A stretch of 40,138 bases of DNA from a virus (IMGVR_UViG_3300037440_000207:1-40138), one strand, 5' to 3'. Shown: positions 7,923-17,257, counted from the first letter of the stretch. Notes: generated by a model not told the origin, from the letters alone. Numbers and translations are program-made.

Positions 7923-8225
7923 TAGGGGTTATGTTTAGGGGTTTAAGGGTTACTTTTTAAATAATTAGATAAAAATATGGTGAAATAGGCCTAAAACAGG
8001 TAAAAATATAGGTGATTGGGTTAGCTTTTACTTTTATAACACCCTAGGGAAGAAGAATATTAGTTACAAATGTAACTAATTATAAATAAAATATATTGTA
8101 CATGTAGAGTAAGTAGAAAGTAATAACTAACCTAACCCCTGGAAAAAAATTGGAAAATTGGAAAATTTAATTTATTGAGATTTTGGGTTAATGCTTGATT
8201 TGAAAAGTAACTAAGTAACCATAGA
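7923..8225. other. Putative replication origin
   Basis: Non-coding, AT-rich, directly after the primase; several GGGTT(A/T) and TAACC motifs in both orientations; palindrome tagttaca-aa-tgtaacta at 8061-8078. Confidence 0.6.
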
Positions 8226-8239
8226 AGGAATCGGCGACA

Positions 8240-8761
8240 ATGGACGCAATGATTGATTTGGAAACAATGGGAACTACCGTTGGCGCGGCGATAGTGTCAA
8301 TTGGAGTAGTTTTATTCGATCCGCGAAAAGGCCGCATAACGGACAAAAATTTTTACGCTGAACTTGATTGGAAAAATCAAGAGCGAATTATTGATCAGAA
8401 ATGCATAGAGGAATTTTGGAAGAAACAGCCAAAATCAATACGACAACAATTGAATGGTAAAAAAGAGCTTCCTGATGTTTTAGAGGATTTACAATTCTTT
8501 TTGCCAAATGATGTAATTGTGTGGGGTAATGGGCCGACTTTTGATATTTCTAAACTCGAACATGCTTACGGAAGCTATAACCTAGAAATACCGTGGAAGT
8601 ATTATAATATTCGAGATTGCAGAACTGTACGGGATTTATATGATACGAAGCGAAATGCAATAACACGCGGGAAGGTCGGTAGCGGGAATCATAACGCGCT
8701 GGGGGATGCAAAGGCACAATGCGAGTATATTTGTAAAATGTGGAAATCAATCCTTAGTTAA
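8240..8761 (+). CDS. DEDDh 3'-5' exonuclease (DUF5051-like)
   Basis: MIDLETMG, VWGNGPTFD, RDCRT, HNALGDA motifs. Confidence 0.9.
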   Translation: MDAMIDLETMGTTVGAAIVSIGVVLFDPRKGRITDKNFYAELDWKNQERIIDQKCIEEFWKKQPKSIRQQLNGKKELPDVLEDLQFFLPNDVIVWGNGPTFDISKLEHAYGSYNLEIPWKYYNIRDCRTVRDLYDTKRNAITRGKVGSGNHNALGDAKAQCEYICKMWKSILS

Positions 8762-8770
8762 AACCCGCAA

Positions 8771-8832
8771 CATTGCTTACGCGCTGCAAATCGCCGATAC
8801 TTGTGGAAACTTTTAACAGCGCGTAAGCAATG
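8771..8832 (+). promoter_or_regulatory. Perfect 16-bp inverted repeat covering the start codon of the putative small terminase
   Basis: cattgcttacgcgctg (8771-8786) and cagcgcgtaagcaatg (8817-8832); ATG at 8830. Confidence 0.7.
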
Positions 8833-9231
8833 GCCGCCGAACTTTCAATAAAACAACTTCGAGATAAGATATATTCGGGAGAAGCGAAAGACCCGCTTAT
8901 CTTCTTGGAAGCTGTTATGAGCGGGCAGGATTTGAGCCAATTTTCCAAAATATACAAAATGATTTTGGAAATTGAGGAATTTACAAACGGAGAACCCACG
9001 AAGGAGGATTGGCAGGAGTTGGTAAATTTCGCTTTTGAACACTGTAAATATAAAGAAACTACTTCTGCGGAAAGGCAAGCGTCAGCTAAAACGTTAATGG
9101 AATATCTACACCCCAAACGAAAACAGATTGATTTATCAGATTCAACAAACGCTGATGGAAATATTGCGCCGATATCAAAAGAGGATATTGATTGTTTTAT
9201 AGAACGGTATGAGGAATTCGTGAGCTTATGA
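8830..9231 (+). CDS. terS: Putative terminase small subunit
   Basis: Directly upstream of terL with ATGA coupling; PLIFLEAVM and R..SAK.L..YLHPK motifs. Confidence 0.65.
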   Translation: MAAELSIKQLRDKIYSGEAKDPLIFLEAVMSGQDLSQFSKIYKMILEIEEFTNGEPTKEDWQELVNFAFEHCKYKETTSAERQASAKTLMEYLHPKRKQIDLSDSTNADGNIAPISKEDIDCFIERYEEFVSL

Positions 9232-10049
9232 GTGATTGGTCGTATACCGATAAGCGATTGCTAAAGCACATGCTGGAAACTGACGGTTTGCAGTTTATGC
9301 GGTATTTCTTCAAAATTAGAGAAGGAAACCCAATGCTGTTAAACTGGCATCATTTCGCGATTGAATCAGTTTTGCAAAAAGTTATTGAATTGGAAATACC
9401 TAGATTAATTGTGAATTTAGCTCCTGGGTATACTAAAACCGAGCAAGCGGTTATTAATTTTGTTTCGCGCGGATTAGCGTTAAACCCCAGAGCCAAGTTT
9501 ATTCACAGTTCTTACTCTGGCGCTCTAGCGGAAGAAAACTCAATGAAGATACGGGAAACTGTAACTTTCCCCGAATATCAAGAATTGTGGCCAATGAGAA
9601 TTAGAGTAGATACAAAAGGTAAAAAACGTTGGTATACGGAAAACGGCGGCGGTTTGATGGCTGCGCCAGCAGGGGGACAGATAACGGGTTTCCGTGCGGG
9701 TAGAATGGAAAAAGGGTTTTCGGGTGCGTTTATTATTGACGATCCGGTAAAACCCGATGAAGGCTACTCTATTGTGGCAAGGGAAAGAATTAACAATCGC
9801 TTCAATAACACAATGCGTTCTCGTTTGGCCGTTGAGTCCGTACCAATGATCGTTATTATGCAAAGAATACATGAGAATGATTTAACGGGGTTTTTGTTAA
9901 AAGGCGGTTCCGGTGATATTTGGTATCATTTAGTGATTCCAACATTGTTCACCGAAGAGGTGTTGAATGCTAAATATCCAGAGGATTACACGCATGGTAT
10001 CCCGATAAATTTAAGCGGGATTTTGGGGGAATTAACCTGTGGACTTTAG
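9228..10049 (+). CDS. terL: Terminase large subunit, N-terminal ATPase part
   Basis: NWHH, LIVNLAPGYTKT (Walker A), GQITGFRAG, IIDDPVKP (Walker B), IVIMQRIHENDL. Confidence 0.9.
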   Translation: MSDWSYTDKRLLKHMLETDGLQFMRYFFKIREGNPMLLNWHHFAIESVLQKVIELEIPRLIVNLAPGYTKTEQAVINFVSRGLALNPRAKFIHSSYSGALAEENSMKIRETVTFPEYQELWPMRIRVDTKGKKRWYTENGGGLMAAPAGGQITGFRAGRMEKGFSGAFIIDDPVKPDEGYSIVARERINNRFNNTMRSRLAVESVPMIVIMQRIHENDLTGFLLKGGSGDIWYHLVIPTLFTEEVLNAKYPEDYTHGIPINLSGILGELTCGL

Positions 10050-10785
10050 CCGGGCTATTGCCCGCACCCTTTGCCCGGCTCAGATCGCGGCAGGTGAAGC
10101 CCTGTGGGGTGCTAAACACAACCCTGAGCAGCTAAGGATGCTAGAATTGGGTGATCCGTATACTTTTAGCAGCCAATACCAGCAAAACCCGTCACCCATT
10201 GGTGGCTCAATGTTCAAAGACAGTTATTGGAAATATTACGATGTATTGCCGCCTTTGGATTTGATCCGCATTTATGGTGACACTGCGCAAAAGACAAAAG
10301 AGCGCAATGACTACAGCGTTTTTGAATGTTGGGGAAGAAACCGAGATTCAGGCATCTTTCTGATAGATTTGGTCAGGGGTAAATGGGAAGCGCCGGAACT
10401 GGAATCGGTGTTAGTTGAATTTTGGAATAAACATAAGCCTAGTTTAAAAGTGCCGCGCGGTGCGCAGATGATTAAAATTGAAGACAAGAGCAGCGGCAGT
10501 AGCCTTATTCAGTCAATTCGCAAAGATTATTTTATTCCGATTGAAGGGATACAAAGGCACACAGATAAAGTTTTGCGGGCGATGGGGGTAGTTAAGTATT
10601 TTGCGAGCGGTTACGTTCATGTTCCGCGAAACGCAACTTGGTTGCATGATTTTAAAGATGAATTCAGAAAGTTCACACCAATGATGACTCACGCGCACGA
10701 TGACCAAATTGACCCAGCAATGGACGCGGTGGAAGATATGATTGTTTTTGAAGGTTTCGGATACAGCGAGAGCGCGTTGAAATGA
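10039..10785 (+). CDS. terL: Terminase large subunit, C-terminal nuclease part (+1 frame relative to the N-terminal part)
   Basis: FSSQYQQNP, DTAQKTKERNDYSV, IEDKSSGSSLIQ, DKVLRA, HDDQIDP motifs. Confidence 0.9.
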   Translation: MDFSRAIARTLCPAQIAAGEALWGAKHNPEQLRMLELGDPYTFSSQYQQNPSPIGGSMFKDSYWKYYDVLPPLDLIRIYGDTAQKTKERNDYSVFECWGRNRDSGIFLIDLVRGKWEAPELESVLVEFWNKHKPSLKVPRGAQMIKIEDKSSGSSLIQSIRKDYFIPIEGIQRHTDKVLRAMGVVKYFASGYVHVPRNATWLHDFKDEFRKFTPMMTHAHDDQIDPAMDAVEDMIVFEGFGYSESALK

Positions 10786-11312
10786 GCAGCTTGAGAAAAT
10801 CGTACGGGAAGCTCACAGGAGAAGGTGGGATTTTAAGTCGCAATTGTTCTTCCAATGGTGTTTTAGGCGGCCCGTCCGAAATGAATGTGAATGGTAGTGT
10901 TATACCTGTTGATTTTTGGATTGAACCATTAGAAGGGCAACAGTTTTTAATTAAATATATCTCCCTAGCGCTCAATGACTCGGGAAACTTTAACGCTGGT
11001 GGGTATGGTGGAATTGAAACACAATTGGTAAACGGTATTGATTTTTTCATTGAGATTAGCGGGAATCGTGTTAATTTTACAGCCGTACCGATAACCAGAA
11101 ACGAGCAATTGTTGTCAATTTCAAGTGAATCGCAATCATACTTATTAACTGGAAATGATAGAATTATTGTTTTTAGGGAAATATTGACAGATTTCGCCGA
11201 CCCGCTTTTGTTGAAAGCAGGTGATAAATTCGGGGTGGAAGTTAAGGATAACTTAACAGCATTAAATCACCACAGTTGCCGAATAAAAGGCGCAATTTTG
11301 GCTGAGGCTTAA
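10782..11312 (+). CDS. Hypothetical virion-associated protein (beta-rich)
   Basis: ORF coupled to terL; N-terminus MSSLRKSYGKLT is shared with the next two genes. Confidence 0.7.
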   Translation: MSSLRKSYGKLTGEGGILSRNCSSNGVLGGPSEMNVNGSVIPVDFWIEPLEGQQFLIKYISLALNDSGNFNAGGYGGIETQLVNGIDFFIEISGNRVNFTAVPITRNEQLLSISSESQSYLLTGNDRIIVFREILTDFADPLLLKAGDKFGVEVKDNLTALNHHSCRIKGAILAEA

Positions 11313-11313
11313 A

Positions 11314-11877
11314 ATGAGTTTTTTAAGAGATTTTTACGATAGAATTACTATGATCTATCCGCCAGTTGAGCAGATAATACAAACGTTTATTATTGAGACG
11401 CAACAGGAATTTAACAATCTTTTACAGATGTTAGAATATAATTTACAAAATAATATAGACGCAGCAGTATTAGACTTACAAGGGCAATTAGATCAAGAAA
11501 TCTTGGATAGAATTGACGGTGATCAAAGCGTATTAGATATTGTTAATAGTCTCAATTTAGCATTAGCGCAATTGATAGAAGATTTTAATAACCACGATCA
11601 TCCTGATAAATACAAAACTTTCCTAGGGCCTACAGATTCTAACGGAGAGTTTTCCATAACCTACCTGGAAGAAATAACCCCAGCACCTGTTGTTGTTCCG
11701 GCTATTATGGGGGACAACAGCGGCCGGTATATTTATGTTGTATCAGCGACAACAATAGGGTTTACAGTAAAAGTACAACACAGAGAATCAATTTCAATCC
11801 TAACTATAAACGTTCCGGTAACGTTAACAAATTCAAACGCAATACCCGTTGGGGTTTTGATAATCCGGCAAAACTGA
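11314..11877 (+). CDS. Putative fibre or appendage protein (coiled coil plus C-terminal beta domain)
   Basis: GAGG RBS; heptad-rich middle with QEILDRIDGD; N-terminus MSFLRDFYDRIT. Confidence 0.65.
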   Translation: MSFLRDFYDRITMIYPPVEQIIQTFIIETQQEFNNLLQMLEYNLQNNIDAAVLDLQGQLDQEILDRIDGDQSVLDIVNSLNLALAQLIEDFNNHDHPDKYKTFLGPTDSNGEFSITYLEEITPAPVVVPAIMGDNSGRYIYVVSATTIGFTVKVQHRESISILTINVPVTLTNSNAIPVGVLIIRQN

Positions 11878-11886
11878 GGTTTTGAT

Positions 11887-12126
11887 ATGAGTTCGCTCCG
11901 AGATAGTTACGATAGAATCACAGAGCCTTACCCGCCTTCGGAAGCGGGGGATATTGAAGATTTGCAAACGCAAATTGACGACGAAACCGCGGCCCGAATC
12001 GCGCAGGATGCGAATATCATTGGTATAACGAATGATATGCAAGGTGAAATTAACAATGAAACAGCCGCGCGGATCGCGGCTGACGACGCGCTAGACGTTC
12101 GCGTTACAGATTTGGAGAATGCATAA
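11887..12126 (+). CDS. Short coiled-coil protein with ETAARIA.D repeats (fibre-like)
   Basis: GAGG RBS; two ETAARIA(Q/A)D repeats; N-terminus MSSLRDSYDRIT. Confidence 0.7.
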   Translation: MSSLRDSYDRITEPYPPSEAGDIEDLQTQIDDETAARIAQDANIIGITNDMQGEINNETAARIAADDALDVRVTDLENA

Positions 12127-12127
12127 G

Positions 12128-13549
12128 ATGAGCGTTAGAACAGTGAAACTTTCGACTATTGAAGAAGAAAGGAAAAATTTACAACAAGGCGATGGCTTGG
12201 AAAACCTTGTCGCGAGTTTGGGAACAAAAGGTGACAAGCGGCATCATACAACCTTTGTTAATAAAATTAGACTTTCCGATAACGAGCAAGAATTAAATGC
12301 GCTTTATCGTACAGACTGGTTGGCGGGGAAAGTTGTAGATATTATTCCCGACGATATGACACGGGAATGGATTTCTATAATTGGGGACGAGTCTCCTGAT
12401 GAAGTTGCGGAAATAAACGACACTTTAGAGAATTTGGATGTTCGCGGCGCGTTCAATTTTGCTAAGAAATGGTCGCGGCTTTATGGCTCTGCGCTTATTA
12501 TACTTATTGTCGATGATGGGCAAACCCCAGATAAACCTTTAAATTTTGATGCTATAAAAGCGGGCGGGCTGCAACATATTAAAGTTATTGATTCGACACA
12601 GTTTGAAAATGATAATGTTGTGCCTACAACTAACCCGCTTAGTGCAAATTATGGTTTCCCTGAGTTCTACCGCTTTAACGAAACGGCGGTAGTAATTCAC
12701 CATAGCCGCGTATTGCGTTTCGACGGGGTAATGTTGCCATATCAGGAATTCCGCCGAAACAATTGGAAAGGCGATTCGGTTTTAGATCGCGTTTACGAAT
12801 CTTTGCTAAACATGAATATCGCGGCGAATTCGTCAGCGAGCATGATTTTTGAAACCAACGTTGATATTGTACATGTTAAAGGTTTGATGAATTATTTAGA
12901 ATCGCCGAACGGAGAGGAATTAATTCGTAAGCGCTTTGCTTTGGCAAACTTGCTAAAGAGTTTTAACAATGTGCATTTGCTAGATCAAGACGAAACTTTC
13001 GACACCAAAAATAACACCTTTTCAGGCTTGCCTGATTTAATTGACCGTTTTGCACAATTGTTATCAGCAGCAACAGATATTCCCGCGACACGATTGCTAG
13101 GGGTTTCTGCAAGTGGGTTTAATGCAACCGGCGAAGGTGATTTGAAGAATTATTATGATAAAGTGAAGTCTTTGCAAATTACAGACTTTAAGCCAAAACT
13201 CGATTATCTATTCAAAATTATTCAGAAGTCGCTACAGTTGCCTGATGAATTTAACATTGAATATGAATTCAATTCTTTGTTCCAAATGACCCCTGGAGAA
13301 GAAGCGGAAATTCAATTTAAAAACTCCCAAACTGCAAGAACCTATTGGGATATGGGAGTTTTAGATGCGGTAATTATTGCTAAAGAATTGCAGCAAGACC
13401 GAATTTATACAAATATTACACCTGAACATATTAAAGAGTTAGAAGGTGCGTTAGATGACGATTTCTTTACTTCCAATCCCGAAACAATTAGACCAGAAGA
13501 ACAAGCAACAAATGCGGGAGAAGAAACAGAAAACAGCGCCGCCAGTTAG
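12128..13549 (+). CDS. Portal protein (DUF1073 family)
   Basis: DGLENLVASLG, YRTDWLAGKVVDIIPDDMTREW, IHHSRVLRF, AATDIPATRLLG.SASGFNATGEGDLKNYYD; start chosen by GGAG spacing (alternative 12119). Confidence 0.93.
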   Translation: MSVRTVKLSTIEEERKNLQQGDGLENLVASLGTKGDKRHHTTFVNKIRLSDNEQELNALYRTDWLAGKVVDIIPDDMTREWISIIGDESPDEVAEINDTLENLDVRGAFNFAKKWSRLYGSALIILIVDDGQTPDKPLNFDAIKAGGLQHIKVIDSTQFENDNVVPTTNPLSANYGFPEFYRFNETAVVIHHSRVLRFDGVMLPYQEFRRNNWKGDSVLDRVYESLLNMNIAANSSASMIFETNVDIVHVKGLMNYLESPNGEELIRKRFALANLLKSFNNVHLLDQDETFDTKNNTFSGLPDLIDRFAQLLSAATDIPATRLLGVSASGFNATGEGDLKNYYDKVKSLQITDFKPKLDYLFKIIQKSLQLPDEFNIEYEFNSLFQMTPGEEAEIQFKNSQTARTYWDMGVLDAVIIAKELQQDRIYTNITPEHIKELEGALDDDFFTSNPETIRPEEQATNAGEETENSAAS

Positions 13550-14279
13550 CAGCCCGAAAACGCCGGAAGTTGTTTACAGAAAGAAGCTCTTAGCACTTGT
13601 CAAAAGTCTTGAGAAAAACACCAATGAATTGATTTTGCCGCTGTTAGTGCAATTAGAGCCTGAATATGTACAAGATCAGTACGCGCAGACGTTAGAAGAA
13701 GCTTTCAACAATTTACGCAATTTGTATATCGGAATACGCGCGCCTGCTAAAATCATATCTTCGGCATTTGTTTCGGTAACAAATGCCGTAAATCGCGAAC
13801 GCTTCAACAAATCAATGCAATCGGCTATTGGCGTTAGTCTTCCAGATATTCTATCAAATGAGGGAATCGGAGATATTATAGTAGGGAGTGTTGCGGAAAA
13901 CGTTTCTCTAATTCAATCAATTCCAGAAGAATATTTCAAAAAACTTGAAGGTGTTGTGTTTCGCGGCACAATGTCAGGTGAAACAAGCAAATCGCTTATT
14001 GAAGAAATACGAGCTATTTACCCTGTAACAGAAAATAGAGCTAAATTAATTGCCCGCGATCAAACATCAAAAGTTAATTCGGATTTAAATCAGACTCGGC
14101 AAACCAATTTGGGAGTCACAGAATATATTTGGCGAACAGCGGAAGACGGGCGAGTTAGAGAAACGCACCGGGAAAATAACGGTAAAACTTTCAGATGGGA
14201 TAAGCCGCCAGCAGCAACCGGGCACCCCGGCAATGATGTTAATTGCCGCTGTGTTGCACAAGCCATAATTCAGTTGTAA
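13455..14279 (+). CDS. Minor head morphogenesis protein (Mu gpF / SPP1 gp7 family)
   Basis: RAKLIARDQTSK, YIWRTAEDGRVRETH, HPG.DVNCRC. Confidence 0.92.
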   Translation: MTISLLPIPKQLDQKNKQQMREKKQKTAPPVSSPKTPEVVYRKKLLALVKSLEKNTNELILPLLVQLEPEYVQDQYAQTLEEAFNNLRNLYIGIRAPAKIISSAFVSVTNAVNRERFNKSMQSAIGVSLPDILSNEGIGDIIVGSVAENVSLIQSIPEEYFKKLEGVVFRGTMSGETSKSLIEEIRAIYPVTENRAKLIARDQTSKVNSDLNQTRQTNLGVTEYIWRTAEDGRVRETHRENNGKTFRWDKPPAATGHPGNDVNCRCVAQAIIQL

Positions 14280-14318
14280 ACTAAAGTCAATTCAATCATT
14301 TGCGTGGCGTTTCTAATT

Positions 14319-15446
14319 ATGTTTTTTCGTGACCGCCTGGGCATTAATTCAAAGCGCACATACACCGACGAAGGTTATTTGGTTGTTCCGGGCAGAATCG
14401 GCAGAATTGGGATTCAGGATTATTTAGCTTCTGAAATGGGAGTGAGCGATAGAAATCCAACGGATGTTATACGGGTTTACCGCCCGCAAGAAGAAGTATT
14501 TAAAGATGATTCCATAAACTCTTTTGCAAATAAACCTGTAACCGATAATCATCCCCCTGAACTGGTTAACGCCAATAATGCCAAACAGTACAGCGTTGGC
14601 CATAGCGGCCCGGAAATAACCCGCGATGGCATGTTTGCGGAAGCACTCCTATATATCACTGATGCTAATTCAATTAAAAATATCGAAAGCGGTAAAGTTG
14701 AATTGTCAAATGGCTATTCGTGTGATATAGAATGGAAATCCGGTATTACCGAAGATGGCGAGAGTTATGATGCTATTCAGCGGAATATAAAAGGCAATCA
14801 CATTGCTATTGTTGCAAAAGGCCGCGCTGGTCCATCTTGCAAATTAGCGGACAATTCACCAGAAACCGAGGCAAAACAAATGCTAATCACCATTGATAGC
14901 GTGCAATACGAAGTGTCGGAACAAGTCGCGCAAGCGCACCAAAAAGTGCAGGCGCGACTAAATGACGCGGAAGCGGAAGCAGAAAAGAAAGACGAAGAGC
15001 TAAAAGAGAAAGACGAAGAAATGGCAAAAAAAGACGAAGATCTAAAAGAGAAAGAAGAAGAAATGGCAAAAAAAGAAGAGGAAATGAAGGTTGCAACTGA
15101 TTCCGCCATTGAATATCGAATCACTTTGATTGCAGATGCTCAAAAACTCATTTCTAATTTTGACTGGAAAGGTAAAACCAATCAAATCATTATTAGCGAA
15201 GTTGTTTCCGCTAAATGCCCAGCTATTCAAATGGATTCCGCTTCTCCTGATTATTTAAAAGCTCGATTCGATTTGCTTGTCGAAAATGTTACTAATGACT
15301 CGCAAGCAGATATAAATAACCATTTTCGCAAACAAGCATCAAAAGTAAACGACGGTAACGTCGTGGATACACGTTCGCCCAGCGTTATTGCTCGGGATGA
15401 AATGATCGCTCGCAATAAAAAACTTTGGAAAAAGGAGGCTAACTAA
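14319..15446 (+). CDS. Prohead protease/scaffold (DUF2213 family)
   Basis: RIGIQDY, VYRPQEEVF, PVTDNHP, ELSNGY, NHIAIVAKGRAG; C-terminal KDEE coiled-coil repeats (alternative GTG start 14304). Confidence 0.9.
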   Translation: MFFRDRLGINSKRTYTDEGYLVVPGRIGRIGIQDYLASEMGVSDRNPTDVIRVYRPQEEVFKDDSINSFANKPVTDNHPPELVNANNAKQYSVGHSGPEITRDGMFAEALLYITDANSIKNIESGKVELSNGYSCDIEWKSGITEDGESYDAIQRNIKGNHIAIVAKGRAGPSCKLADNSPETEAKQMLITIDSVQYEVSEQVAQAHQKVQARLNDAEAEAEKKDEELKEKDEEMAKKDEDLKEKEEEMAKKEEEMKVATDSAIEYRITLIADAQKLISNFDWKGKTNQIIISEVVSAKCPAIQMDSASPDYLKARFDLLVENVTNDSQADINNHFRKQASKVNDGNVVDTRSPSVIARDEMIARNKKLWKKEAN

Positions 15447-15910
15447 TGGCTGCTCAACTCTCATACGACATTAATCAACCTCTCGGCTATCCGGGTTTGA
15501 TTTATGCACAAGCTCCGCATGATATTGTTTCGATGCTTGTCGAAACTGTTGCTGGCATTCCTTTTGGTGTGGCTGTTAGTCGTGGTACTGACCCCGCAAA
15601 TCAAGTGGTTGTGGGCGGTGCGGATTTTCTCGGCGTTACCATTCGCTCGCTTGATAAAGAGGGCGCCATTAACACTGGTGCGATTCAATGGAACGAAACC
15701 GAGGCGGCTGGCGTTATGCGCTCGGGCTACATTCACGCGCTTTGCACTGCCGGTTGTGTTCCGGGTGACGATGTATTTTATGCAACCGCGACCGGGCTGC
15801 TTAGCACAGCGGGCGATACGCAAGTATCTGGAACGTGGGAAACAACAACAGCGGCGGGCGAACTCGGCGTAATTCGATTGACTGGACTCGGCGAGGTGGT
15901 TGCACCATGA
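15446..15910 (+). CDS. Capsid decoration/cement protein
   Basis: Between scaffold and major capsid genes; IPFGVAV, GVMRSGYI motifs; AGGAGG RBS. Confidence 0.8.
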   Translation: MAAQLSYDINQPLGYPGLIYAQAPHDIVSMLVETVAGIPFGVAVSRGTDPANQVVVGGADFLGVTIRSLDKEGAINTGAIQWNETEAAGVMRSGYIHALCTAGCVPGDDVFYATATGLLSTAGDTQVSGTWETTTAAGELGVIRLTGLGEVVAP

Positions 15911-16950
15911 AAACTTTCAAACTTAAAGACGGTTCGGCTGTTACTTTCGACGGCGCCGCTATGGTTGCTGTCGATAACAGCGGGCAACACTTAACCCTTG
16001 ATGCTGCTATCGCAACGGGTATTCAGAACGCATACTGGGACGCTGACGGCGCATTCTTTTTTGCCCGCCAGTTGGAGCACATTAAAGCCCGCAGCTACGA
16101 TGTGAAATACGCGGAACTTAAAGCGCGCATGTTGTTTCCCGTCAGCAACGATGGCGGCCATGGTGTAAACCATATCACCTATCGCACCTATGATCAGGCG
16201 GGCGCGGCGCGAATTATCAACGCTTACGCAGATGATTTGCCGCGCGCTGATGTTGCCGGACAAGAAACCACTATTCCGGTGCGCTCAGTTGGTATTTCCT
16301 ATGGATACAATCTGGATGAAATCCAATCTTCACAGCTTACCGGCGCTGGTCTTGATCAACGGCGCGCGAACGCTGCTCGGCGTGCAACAGAACAGACTGT
16401 AAATAGCGTCGCCTTCTTCGGTGATGGTGCTTCTGGTTTGCCGGGTTTGTTCGATAACCCAAACATTCCTACCGGAACTGTTGTTGATCCGGGTTCCGGT
16501 ACTGAGTGGGTAAACAAAACCCCTGATCAAATTCTCTTTGATATTAACGACTTGTTCGCTGATATTTTCGAGACAACAAACATGGTTGAACAAGGGGACA
16601 CTCTGCTTTTGCCGCCTGCACAGTGGGCATACATTATGAGTACTCCGCGAGCAACTAATAGCGATACGACTATTGGCCAGTATGTTGCGCAAAATAGCCC
16701 GTTCCTTAATTCCATTGACGATATTATCGCGGTTAACGAATGTGCCGCAGACAATAACCCGGAATTTGCGAATGACGTCATGGTCGCGTATCGCCGCGAT
16801 CCTGATGCGTTGCAACTTGAAATTCCGGTTGAATTGGAATACATGGCGACGCAACAGAAAAATCTGGAATTCATTATTCCGGGTCGTTTGCGCCTTGGTG
16901 GTTTGAATATCTATTACCCGCTTTCACTAGCAATTGCAGAAGGAATCTAA
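15907..16950 (+). CDS. Major capsid protein (DUF2184 family, HK97 fold)
   Basis: FFARQLEHI, DDLPRADV, YGYNLDEI, VAFFGD...GLPGLFDNPN; ATG 15907 with GAGG RBS and ATGA coupling. Confidence 0.92.
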   Translation: MKTFKLKDGSAVTFDGAAMVAVDNSGQHLTLDAAIATGIQNAYWDADGAFFFARQLEHIKARSYDVKYAELKARMLFPVSNDGGHGVNHITYRTYDQAGAARIINAYADDLPRADVAGQETTIPVRSVGISYGYNLDEIQSSQLTGAGLDQRRANAARRATEQTVNSVAFFGDGASGLPGLFDNPNIPTGTVVDPGSGTEWVNKTPDQILFDINDLFADIFETTNMVEQGDTLLLPPAQWAYIMSTPRATNSDTTIGQYVAQNSPFLNSIDDIIAVNECAADNNPEFANDVMVAYRRDPDALQLEIPVELEYMATQQKNLEFIIPGRLRLGGLNIYYPLSLAIAEGI

Positions 16951-16954
16951 CAAA

Positions 16955-17257
16955 ATGGCCGGAATCATTAACACAACTGCGCGTCAATTTAACGTGAAAG
17001 CAGTAGCAAATGGGCGGCGCGTTTGCGTTCGCCTATCGCCTGGATTCAACGTTGTTGACGACGCTATCTGGAATGTTTTTGTTCCAAAAGGTAAAGACGC
17101 TAAAGTCGATGATTATGTTGCCCGACTGCAAAAAGAAGGTAAGTTGCGTTTCGGCGGAGAAGTTGATGATTTGGAACTGGAGCAAAAACCAGATACCAAA
17201 ACGAAAACCTCTACCGCCGAATTGCCCAAAAAGAAAAAAGCTATGGTAGAAGATTAA
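16955..17257 (+). CDS. Hypothetical protein after the capsid gene
   Basis: AAGGA RBS, L.PG.N.V motif, followed by a terminator. Confidence 0.7.
   Translation: MAGIINTTARQFNVKAVANGRRVCVRLSPGFNVVDDAIWNVFVPKGKDAKVDDYVARLQKEGKLRFGGEVDDLELEQKPDTKTKTSTAELPKKKKAMVED

Noticed and set aside
9228-10785. terL pseudogene, intron or intein
   Set aside because: All catalytic motifs are intact; the junction is under 100 nt with no intron core or homing endonuclease
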